The notes under the pieces were generated by a model that was not told where the DNA came from, did no database searches, and saw nothing but the letters and a program-made list of their open reading frames with translations. Positions 53,401 through 64,000 of a DNA stretch of 64,000 nucleotides are shown here, in pieces; the stretch's first letter is position 1; every line of letters begins with the position of its first letter. The stretch lies in the NCBI GenBank assembly GCA_964035545.1, contig OZ037768.1, positions 4,434,741 to 4,498,740 of the forward strand. The letters run 5' to 3'. The stretch comes from Bugula neritina. Its lineage: Eukaryota; Animalia; Bryozoa. Made by a program: the position numbers and the translations under genes.

Positions 53401-55810
53401 ACTTTTATCAAAATATTTTTTTCGATTTTGAAACCATACTCATCAGTTTTACATGTTTTCCCTCATGAGTAGAGCTACAACTCAAAACCATACAAAGAAC
53501 TTTGCTTTTATAAGAATACAAATGGCTTTTTGCTTAGCCTTTAGAGCTTAGAGCCATGACATGACAAAAAACTCCAAAAACATAACATAATGAGTTGAAT
53601 AAAATTTCTGTCATAACAGAATGTCTGACACCAGCATGCAAAATTGTTCAATTAGAGTTACATACGCAGTTAGAATGGTGCTTGAACTTCTAACAGTCTA
53701 AAATGTATAATATATATGCATACTATTTATATAATACCAAATATTTATGGAATATGCAAATTTGATCCAGGGCCTTACATATGGCCTCAAAACCATTTCG
53801 TAAATCACACAGCAGTTTCTTCACTGTAACATGCACTGTATTCAGCTAGTTCATTATCAGACAAACTGTACTAAAAGACTTGAAAAACATAATATACTGT
53901 TAATAAATAATTCACCATTTCCCTGAGTGAAACCTCTAGAAAGGATTGTCTTACAATTACTAAATTAATCTAAACAGTATTATTTGGAAGTTGTAGGTAC
54001 ATGATTATGTATATGTAGTACATGCATTTGTATATTCTCTTACTATGTACAGTATCCTCCTTGATTATAAACATATTTATAATAACTGGAATACATATGT
54101 GCTACCTAAGACTGTACCTTGTAATGAGAATAATAGCAGCTGTAAATTAATAACACTGATTAATAAATGTTAATAAAGGTATTGAAGTTTTGCAAGTTGA
54201 GTTATGTAACCTATAATCTGGCTTGCAATCTAGCAGCTTCACTAGTAACATTCTACTTTTTGCCTTACTTTTTAATCAGCATAAGAAGGGTTAGAAACTT
54301 GAAGCATTGGCATACAATACATTAGACTAATATTGTATATAAATTAATTGTAATACCTGTGTTTATATTAAACTCTGTACTGTAAGTTCTTCTTTATTTA
54401 ATTATTGAACCTGAGGTGCAGATAAAGTGTGTTCTCATGATATGATAAAATTAATATTTAGTAACCGCTGAAATCTGAGCTAGCTAACCTAACTTCCATA
54501 TTTGATATACCTTTGTTTTTTGAAGATATCAAATGACAGATGCACATTAAAAGATGATTTTTTCACACAGCTAAAGGCAGATTTCAAGCTGCCAACCACA
54601 TATGTTGAAATTTCTCAACTATAGTGAATCATTTAGAGAAATGACAGTCTATAGTTCAACACACTGAAAGAAATAGAGCCTATTTCGGTGTTGTAGTCTG
54701 CAATACTGTGCTACAAATATACTGCATGCAATACTGTGCTACAAATATACTGCATGCAATACTGAGTCACAAATATACTGCATGCAATACTGTGCTACAA
54801 ATAAACTGCATGCAATACTGTGTCACAAAGATACTGCGTGCAATACTGTGTCACAAATATACCGCATGCAATACTGTTGTTACGAATATACTGCACACAA
54901 TACTGTGTCACAAAGATACTGCCTGCTACAGATAACATGATTATGCAGTTTCTAAATTGCAGCAGTGAAACTAAATACTTTGGTTTATCAAGTTTGACTA
55001 AATGTGTCTATATTTCTATGTCCTATGCAGGCAACTAGCAGTTCAACAATCTATTGGATTATGCTCACAATAAAATATTCAAAATAAACACTTGAAGCCT
55101 TATCATTGTCTTATCAGACCCTTAGAAGGCCTTCTTCCCCTCTCATATATGTTTGCCAAGGTCTGGGATTAACATAAATAATGTAAACAATGCAAAGCCC
55201 CACTGCACATATCTTACAGTAACTTACTGTACCTGATGTTACCTATCCTTTTATTATCTCCAATAGTAACTTACTATTACTCCTGGTGTTACCTATCTTT
55301 ACGCTATTCCTCTTTTACATGCGCCCTATTTTTCTATCATGTGACTTTTCAGCAACATTATATAACCGACCCCCATTATATTTTTATCATATATATTATT
55401 TTATACTTGTAACTACTCAAATAGAATATAATATATACTTGAATCAAGATTATGTTTGCGAAAATACATAATATATATTCATGGGCAGTCAAAACCCACT
55501 ATAGCAACTTGCATGCATTTCTTATAATAGTTTCTTTGCACAATTAAATTTACTCAAACTTGGCATCATTTAAAAGGCGTTGACTAACTTTCACCAAAAA
55601 ACCTAAATTTTCTTGTATGCATGCAGTTTTACCTTTACAATAATGAACTACAAAACATCGCAATGGAACCTTGTCTGTAAAATAAGACTATCTATTCCAC
55701 CATAAAGTAGTTTCTATCTTAGCCGTACACTTACCACACATTGTTAAAGTGCATAGCAATATTGTCAGGCAGTATAAACACCGTATTAGCAGTTCCATTT
55801 CTTTAGCCAT
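47439..55810 (-). CDS. Kinase-less TGF-beta/BMP type-I-receptor-like (activin-receptor ectodomain) single-pass membrane protein, 4 exons, 257 aa; BAMBI-like architecture but not a BAMBI orthologue by TM sequence
   Basis: Exons 55810-55735 (signal peptide MAKEMELLIRCLYCLTILLCTLTMC, GTAAGT), 51101-50992 (ESLTCYCTEEKCLSEERSNMCVQDKPELGCYKQYYSK), 48557-48398 (MEPHITMGCV...LCD...ECCYTELCNKNLTLPP) and 47866-47439 (stalk, TM LVFLLLIVLVIVFILVVIASILVII, ~70-aa tail, TAA). All GT-AG with phases 1,0,1 consistent. Ten ectodomain cysteines with a CCxxxxCN knot. Confidence 0.85.
54700..54927. repeat. 28-bp minisatellite (GCAATACTGTGCTACAAATATACTGCAT)n, ~8 copies
   Basis: CAATAC recurs at 54701, 54729 and onward. 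Confidence 0.9.
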
Positions 55811-58800
55811 CTTCTCAACAGTATCCTGGTTGTAAAGTTGCTCCGGTAAAGCAGTGTTTCTAAAACAGGATCGTAAAATTAGTCTTCTTGTCAAATAAAC
55901 CTGAAAAGTGTCGCAGTTCATAAAATTTTCAATCTTCTATTCATTTGATGGAAACCCTGTAAGTTTATGCCATACTTGGCAGAGAGTTAGTTGAACAGAC
56001 TGGATGGCAGTAGCATTTGAAGATACCCCGAGTCTGTGAGTATCTGTTTGTCTCCGGTGATATTAGACACTAATATTCATAGACAATACTAAACAAGTTG
56101 TGAAAACTTATATGCCTAGTAATGAGTGGATAGCTTCTACTCGGGTATCTGAGCTCAAGTCAAAGGCATGCAATTCTACATTGGCCATATAATCTAACAC
56201 GGCTACATCTTGTATAGACACTCATATGTCTAATAACTCAAATATCATAAACAGGCAAGTTTAGGTATGCAGCAGCAGAAGAATATGTTGTTTTGATGAC
56301 CTAAATGGAAGCAATAAAGTGAATTGACCATATTTGAGAATTTTATGACATGCAATAACTAGTAAAAATGGCTGCCAAGTACAAATTTGGCACAACTTAG
56401 ACCATATTTGGATGTAGAAACAGAGGCATTGTAATAGCCCAAGTTCTTTAATTTTCTTATTAGCTTTGAGGCATGGGCAAAGGCTCTCGCCATAACATAA
56501 CTTATTTTGCTACGTTACTAATTTTAAACACAAACTTTTCTCTTTTTCTCCGTTACTGAGCCTACCTCTACATACTGATACACTATATTTGCAAATATAT
56601 TATATATCTACATAATGTATATGAACTCAAAGCATGTCTATATTTTTAATTGAATTCAAAAAGTTGACTATTAGAACTACTACAGCACTGTCATGACAAT
56701 TCATGACAGTTCACATAATTTGCTATGAGAACACCAATACTGATAGGGTAGTGCTAGCCATCAGCTCTTCAGTTTGAATGAATTGATGTTTTTGAAACTT
56801 CATACTATCTAATATCAGATGATATATAATATATTAAATCGCATAAAAACTATTGTATAAAAATTCATGTTTTCAAAACAATTTAAAGAGATGTTACATA
56901 ATAATTATAGACAATGTTATATAAAAATGAAAGGTAAATAAACTCTGCAAAGTATTACATCAACTCACATTACAATAACTGATACTTTTTGTATTTACCT
57001 TTTGAATTTAATGCTACTTACATGCTGTGACCCAGAATCTAGTTTCAACCTTACTTCTCCAACTTCTGCAGACTTTATGAAAACTGGTGATTATTTTAGT
57101 ATTTACTGTCATATTATAATCAACTCTGGTATAAATGGAGACAAGAATATGTGTAATTATACCATATCAACATAAACAACTTACCAAAATTTGATTATTC
57201 TAAGCATGATGTCTGGCTTGTGGTGATGAATATCCTCTGCTAATATAATTCTGTAACTCCACTGTCCTTCTGCTATTTCTGGCCACTTACTACCACACTG
57301 TAGAGAATCCACTACCACACTGTGATGATGATCTACCATAGACCAAGGTAACCTAGACTGTGCTAGCTGTAAGTTTAGCCAATGAGTGTGTATGCTGATT
57401 TATAACCGCATAAATCTAATTACCTGTCCCCCAATACCATGAAACAATTAACTTAATATTCTTTTAAATAATATAAGTTTTATGGTTATTAATAGATGAA
57501 GATTGATTTGTCTTTCGACTGAGCAGATTAAACTATTACCAATGTCTCAACCAGCTCATGCGTCTCTCAGTAAGATAGGAGTAATGTGCCTTCGCAACCT
57601 GTACAGCTAATAGATGTGTAACCCAAGCCTCATATAGACAAATGAATGATGCCTAAGACTTGAAGCGTCCACTTATAAGACTCTTAGCTTCCCTTTATCT
57701 GATGTTAATATAATACACACAAGCATGCAGACTGTGGCTGGCTGCAGTGGCATTATGGGGCATGATATGCATTCTTGGCAAAGGAGAATTTATGCAAATT
57801 TGCTAATCGAGTATACTAATATTTATAATTTTTTTTCATTTTTACTTTTTACTGTGAACAAGCTCTCCAAAAAAAATATTGTTGGACCATCATCAGTATA
57901 TTAAAACATAGACTGTGAGTTGTGTTCTCAAGGAATTAACATGATTATTCCTTCAATGTCATACATATTATTGCTAAAATACTAAATGAAGATTTTATAC
58001 ATAAATCACTGAAGTAAAGTTCTGCATTTTTAAATTATTTCATAGTAGAATTTATTTTAATTTATTTGCTAACTAAAAGAATTTCAACTGCCAATAAAAT
58101 ATAATTTGAAAACTTCTGTTAGGAGATTTGTGATGTATTATTTCGGAACTAAGTACAACTTTTAAGTGGTTATTTTGAATAATTTGAATATGCTATTAAT
58201 TCATCAATTCTGCTAAAACATATGAAATGGTCCTAAATTGAATTCTATTTATAGAAAATTCCTTGTATAATATATTGTGTGAACAAATGTTTTAAATCCT
58301 ACATTAATTAATTAGTTTTTTGTCTTACATAATGACACCAATGCAATCCAATATACAAAAGTGACAATAGGCAATTAATTCAATAAACTTTGAATTCATG
58401 GCTCTAGTTACTATAACAATGGTAAGCAGTTTGTCTATATAATATATAGTGTAGCAAATTCTTTAAAACAAGTTTAAAAGCACAAAACATATAATGGATA
58501 TTAATAGAAGTCCCAAAGTATATAATATATTTTTCAAATAGTTTTTGCTAGTTACACTGACACAGTTATTTAAATTCGAATTTGATATAAAAGAGTATTT
58601 TAAGAGTTATACTCACCTAGCTTAAATTTGGCTTTAGCTTCATGGATAGAAATAAATCAAACTTGTACATTGTAGGTGAGAAACTTACAGGCTATAAGAA
58701 TTTTCTTTGGAAATTTTCAACAATATGATATTTTGTCACAAAATCGGGTCATTATTTTTACAATATTATTGCCTTAGCTTAGGTTTCTCATTTATGTCTA

Positions 58801-60116
58801 TCCAACTCAGTAAATCACTCACACCAGCTACTTGTAGATAAAAAGCTACACTGATCAAGTAATGGCTATGTTAATTAGTAGCTTTCTGCAGCCCACATGT
58901 TAACATTGTTTTCAATGTACTTCATTGTATAAATACTGCTGTACACAAACGTCACACAACTCTTATAAGGTGCAAGTTATTGTAAAATCTGCGAGTGCTA
59001 AAGTAAATTAGTATAGCTTATTATGCTTTATTTAGTTTGACTTGAATAAATAAGAACAGCACTATATAAAAATATCTGTTGGCTGATCCACCATAACTAA
59101 GACTAATTAACTTCTGATAATTAGTAATTTTTGTTCTCACTCTGATTCAAGTCTAAATTTAGTCCTCGTTTCATCAATACTGTGTGATAGCCCATCGGAA
59201 ACTTTGTTCACATTTTACCGCCATGTTCCTGGTTATTAATTACTCTAATTCCAAGACTATACCCAATAGCAGACAGTCTTGTGCATAATTTAATGATATT
59301 TAAATATCTTCTAATGTATAATTAAAACACTTGGCGATGCATGCAAATTAAAAACCTAATAATAATGTGAATGCCAAGGCAACAGACACTTCCAATATTA
59401 CTACATTGTAGAGTGTATGATAAAAATAAGAAAATGTGTGTACTATGATGTGAATAAAAGATGAAACCTACATATTTATTACATAACTATTTAATCCATT
59501 AGTCACAATTTGAAACATTTCAAAACCAAATGTAAAAAGTATACAATATTAATTTTTTTTGTATATATTATATATATAGTTATTAGCTAGCAAGTTGCAA
59601 TGAAAGTGCATGTACATTGGTCTCTATTGGCAATAAATAAATAAAGAAGAGAAGACACACACACATACAGGTCTATTCAAACAGCTGATGTATTAATAAA
59701 AAAATATTCCTGAAAGTATAGATCTACTTTGTTGCATTAATGCTATTGTTTCCATTACGTATACATTTCAATAACTTTGTTCACTATTTCTCTTTAAGAA
59801 ATTAAATATTAGCAAAATATCAATCAATAAGTCCATATAAGATCAATTCGTTTACTATAACAGTTAAGCAATATTGGTTCTTCGAATTGTATGACAATTA
59901 AGGTGTGAAGAACGCTTCTTTTTAATAATAATAAGTTTCAAAGTGGGCGTAAATAGTTCATGCACGCAAACAAAAATTTTACTCTGCAATTAATTAGTTA
60001 CCAAAGTGCTATGGCCATTATAATTAGAACATCATCTTGTTCATAAATATTAAGCTAATATAAATGAGTTGAGAGTTGTCTCCTCTTTAAGTACTAAAGG
60101 TTGCGCTGCTTCAGTT

Positions 60117-60190
60117 TTGGCCCGAAGAGTTTTGGAAGGTTTTTCCTTCGCCCCGCCCCGCGTGATCTGCATGATGAGCTTGGCCCGTGC
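60117..60190 (+). promoter_or_regulatory. GC-rich proximal promoter of TADA2A (Sp1-like GC box CGCCCCGCCCCGCG, two TTGGCCCG motifs)
   Basis: CpG/GC-rich patch in AT-rich surroundings, 160-230 nt upstream of the ATG. Probable 58-nt 5'UTR intron at 60284-60341. Confidence 0.5.
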
Positions 60191-60352
60191 AAAGGTACCG
60201 TACCTTATCTTAACCTTGACATGTAATGTAAGTGTCAAGGCTGCAGTATTATTTTTGGGTTTTTACACTCACACTCGCTCACTGTAAGCATGTTTTCTTT
60301 CTGAGCATCGTCATCTGTTGTCCTTAAAATATTTTTTTAAGTTGACAACGCT

Positions 60353-63300
60353 ATGGCTGAATGTTCGATATGCCATAGTGTGCTATCTCCACCATATATT
60401 AAGTGTGCAGAGTGCGTATTTTTATCAGCCGTTCAATTTGAAACTGACTATCATTTTGACTTTGGCCTCGAAGTTGAAAACGAATCATTCACATTGTCGA
60501 GTATCACTATTCAGGATGAGAATGGGAATTCAGGTGACATTGAGAATCAGACCAAGAATAGACACAAATTAAAACGTCGAAATGACTTTAATGCTACAGG
60601 GCCATTGCTGTTATCATTATCACTATCAGCCTATGAGGATGACGCCAGTCAGATGGAAAATCGGGCTGAGCCTGGTTATAATCATAATGATGATGGTAAG
60701 ACTCTCTAAGAATCCTGAGAGTGAGACCAATTCGAAGACTTAGACTATTAATTAAAAGTAGGTTAGACTGAAAAACTGACGTTTTATGGTAAATAATAGT
60801 GACACTGACAGTATAACTATAAGTAAACGCAAGTCTCAAACTCGGAGTGAAAACAAAAACACAAGCTAATAGAAAGCAGTATGACTCTGAGTAACGTAAA
60901 GTGAAAATGGTATTTGCCTTTATGTTTAAGATTCAACTAAACTGTGTTAGTATGAGTAGGACTATGAGTACTAGTATGACTATGATTTTAAGTGTAAGAT
61001 TAAATATATTTTTAATTGCCATTGCTGTCAATCATGCCCATAGTAATCAGGATGTTGTTTTAAACTTAAAGTACATGGCTGTATACTGCTAGCAGTATGA
61101 TAAACAAATATTTGTAATAAAGATCACCATGGTTATGATGGAGTTTTGCAATTAAATATTTTTGAACATTTAAATAAATGTTCAGTTCAAATATTTTGTA
61201 TTACAATTAATCTTATTCGTAACCATAATGTTTTTTGACTTACACTTAACTTAAAATTGATATATTATTGTAGGATTAATAGCCACAACTTTACCTTGTT
61301 CAAAGTTTGTTTTCACTTCGAGTTTATTTATATATACTTACACTTACAGATACATAATATTATCATAATGCTGCTTTTTTAAAGTTTGATATTTTTTTAC
61401 TGTAAATTATATATTATGAAATTAAGTCTATAGTTTCTCTATCTTATAGTCTTTAAGTGGATCTCTGTACGTGAGAGCAGATGCTGTAACTTTGCAAGGT
61501 TTGTTTTCAGATTTTCAAGAACGTAAGTTTACTACCAAAAAAGAAGAAACAGAGTTAACAAGTTTCCTCATTTGTCTTGCCTGTTTCAGCTGCTCCAAAA
61601 CTATTGGATTACATGATGCTAACCACGATTATGAAGTCATTGTAAGTAAGTTAAAATCTAGCAGGTAGGTAAATCTGCCAAGTTTGGAGTATATACAGAG
61701 CCAATTGAGAAATACACACATTTCCCACAGTTGTGTGCCGTAGAATTTAACTTCAAATTTGTTTACTACTTTGCATCTTTTTTAAATTATCTTATTTTTA
61801 TTAATTACTGTGACTTTAATCAACACTTTTTAATCAAAGCTGGTTACTGGGTTACCAAAGCTTTGAACAATAAATAATGACTTCAAATGATGTCTCTTAA
61901 GTCAGTTGACACAGTTCTAGCTGATTAAACTGTTCTCAAAACTGAAGTATCATTTCAAACATTAAGAAATTTGAAAAATGGACAATTTAAATTTTGCTTC
62001 AAACGTTCGTATTTTACTGCAGAGAGATGATTTTTGTGTTGTTCCGGGATCAAAATGGTCTGCTAAAGAGGAGTTGAAACTTCTGGAATGCATTGAATCC
62101 TGTGGCTTAGGTAACTGGTAAGTGAAGCACTGATAAATAAAGTACAAGTAAATGAAATGCTGGTACATGAAGTGTTAATAGGAGTCACTGAAAGTTGCCC
62201 CTTGTACTTTAGCTCTAAATGTCTACCAATATAACAAAGGCAATGAGAGCCAGTTTCTTGTAATGAATCTTATTACTGAGTATAACTCTGTCTGTTTGCA
62301 TTTTACCTTTATTTAGAATCCTTTAGACATTTCCATTACTATTCAGTTTAAATTCAATTTCACCCCTGCGTAGAGGATGTATTATGGCAACAGATAGTAA
62401 TAAAAAGCTCCTAGATTTGTTTGTGTAGCAAGTTATTGGGGTTTTATGCTGTGCGTACCCACATTTTTGCTACTAGTTTCTACTCTTTCTATCACTAGAG
62501 GTTGGCAGCATGTGCAGTATCATCTCCCCATTCGTACAACAGCAGCGGGTCACAAGTCATCAGTATTTAATTATTTTGTTGACAGGTCTTCTATAGCAAC
62601 ATATCTTCCCGGCAGAAGTGCTAGGGAGTGTGAGAAACACTACAGCTCTGTCTTCCTATCAGTAGACATGATATCCTCAACACCAGGTGAGTACATAGTC
62701 TAGACTCTAGTACATCTACACTTGGTATACTATATGTGGATATAGTCTAGTACATCTGTACTTGGTATACTATATGTGTATATAGTCTAGTACATCTACA
62801 CTTGGTATACTGTATGTATATATAGTCTAGTACATCTACACTTAATATACTGTATGTGTATATAGTCTAGTACATCTACACTTGGTATACTGTATGTGTA
62901 TATAGTCTAGTACATCTACACTTGGTATACTGTATGTGTATATAGTCTAGTACATCTGTACTTGACTCTCTTTCTCTCTAACAGGTCTGAGGGACATGCC
63001 TGCTACTGGGTTAAGAAGGCCTATTCCATATAAGCATGTAGGTGAGTATACAGACACCATTTCTGCTGCCTTCTACCCTTTTATTATATCATGCCTCATC
63101 TCTACGTCTCTATGCAAATCTAAGCACAAAGCCTCATGGTTTGAAAAGCTTTAGGAGTTCACTACTCTGATATTGGCCTTGGTTATGCAAGAGCTTTGGA
63201 CTTGATTTTAAATATTGCTGCTTCATAAAATTACTTTTAGAAGTGTTTAGTAGTTGTCTATCCTCTGTATACATGTGTAAACAACTCCGTATCCTGTATT

Positions 63301-63860
63301 TCAAGTAGAGTGAATAATATTAATTGTGATGTTGCATACAGTTAGCAATCTACCTCCGAGGCCAGCCGTAATGTCTGCTGCTTACAACGAGATATCAGGC
63401 TATATGGCTGCTAGGGGAGATTTCTCTACTGAACACGACAACCATGCTGAGCTCATTGTCAAAGATATTGACTTCACTAAAGAAGCTGAAGGTGATTTGC
63501 ATGATATTTTAGATGATCAAAGAGGAAATACTACAGTTAATAAACAACGTTTAGTCCAAAATGGATGCGCTAAAATTAAATTAGATTTCACGTGACCTGC
63601 TTTTTTATAAAATTTTAGTATCACTGTGTGTCAACCTGTGTTACAATTTCATTATCATGTTTTTATTGCTTTTACTTTAGTAAACAGAAGTTTTCAGTTT
63701 ATTAATTTGCTGTTTACTAACTTTCATTCTAAGCTCTATTTGAGTGACTAATAAGTTCTGTGTGCCCTTCAGTAGAAGAGGTTGAAGGTCACATGGATCT
63801 CTGCCTAGCTCTGGTAGATATATACAGGTTCAGGGTCTTAGAGAGGGAAAGGAGGAAAAG
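60353..63860 (+). CDS. TADA2A: Transcriptional adapter 2-alpha (Ada2a; ATAC complex), 5' part; gene continues beyond the window
   Basis: Exons 60353-60695, 61511-61641, 62023-62117, 62586-62686, 62985-63041, 63342-63491, 63773-63860. ZZ finger (CSIC..PYIKCAEC..FLICLACF..HDANHDY), SANT domain (WSAKEELKLLECIESCGLGNW..ECEKHY), PPRP, GYMAARGDFSTEHDNHAE, ALVDIYRFRVLERERRK. PYIKCAEC and PPRP favour Ada2a over Ada2b. Confidence 0.88.
62701..62964. repeat. 40-bp minisatellite (TATAGTCTAGTACATCTACACTTGGTATACTGTATGTGTA)n, ~6.5 copies, filling TADA2A intron 4
   Basis: TATAGTCTAG recurs at 62741, 62781, 62821, 62861, 62901 and 62941. Confidence 0.95.
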
Positions 63861-64000
63861 GTATCTAATTTTCTTACTACCACAACACAAAATATCTTGT
63901 TACATCTTTTTGCTATTTTTTATTAAAAATAAAATTCATAATCCAATTAGCCGGCTACCAGCAACAGCTCATATAATTTATGCTAGCTATTAGTAGTAAT

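Noticed and set aside
9612-55810. A functional left-right asymmetry cluster (MYO1D + Nodal/BMP inhibitors)
   Set aside because: A thematic coincidence only; nothing in the sequence shows co-regulation.
55811-55921. N-terminal extension (MNCDTF...) of the decoy receptor
   Set aside because: It would displace the signal peptide and spans an acceptor-like ACTTTTCAG. The ATG at 55810 has good context (AAG-ATG-G).
62701-62964. Regularly spaced repeats resembling a CRISPR array
   Set aside because: No unique spacers; a head-to-tail minisatellite in a eukaryotic intron.

Overview
AT-rich animal (invertebrate-like, possibly lophotrochozoan) genomic DNA with intron-containing genes. Most ORF-track entries are artefacts of introns or tandem repeats, so gene models were rebuilt by hand from GT-AG sites and exon phases. 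In order: (1) the signal-peptide exon of a secreted-protein gene running off the left edge (-); (2) an orphan gene for a divergent single-CUB-like, probably GPI-anchored protein (-, first exon not found); (3) a complete 21-exon class I myosin MYO1D (+, 1006 aa); (4) the CDK5 activator p35/CDK5R1 (-, 326 aa), tail-to-tail with MYO1D as in human and, by recollection, Drosophila; (5) BAMBI (+, 3 exons, 297 aa); (6) an unnamed 4-exon gene (-, 257 aa) converging on BAMBI; (7) TADA2A/Ada2a (+, runs off the right edge) with a ~105-aa insertion inside its ZZ finger. Gene 6 is the best novelty candidate. It encodes a TGF-beta/BMP type-I-receptor-like 10-Cys ectodomain, a TM helix and a short kinase-less tail with a possible vestigial GS box and a terminal YDVP motif, so it looks like a second decoy receptor paired with BAMBI. 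Many minisatellites sit against splice sites, and there is one tRNA-derived SINE. Comparisons to human and fly sequences are from memory and need database confirmation.
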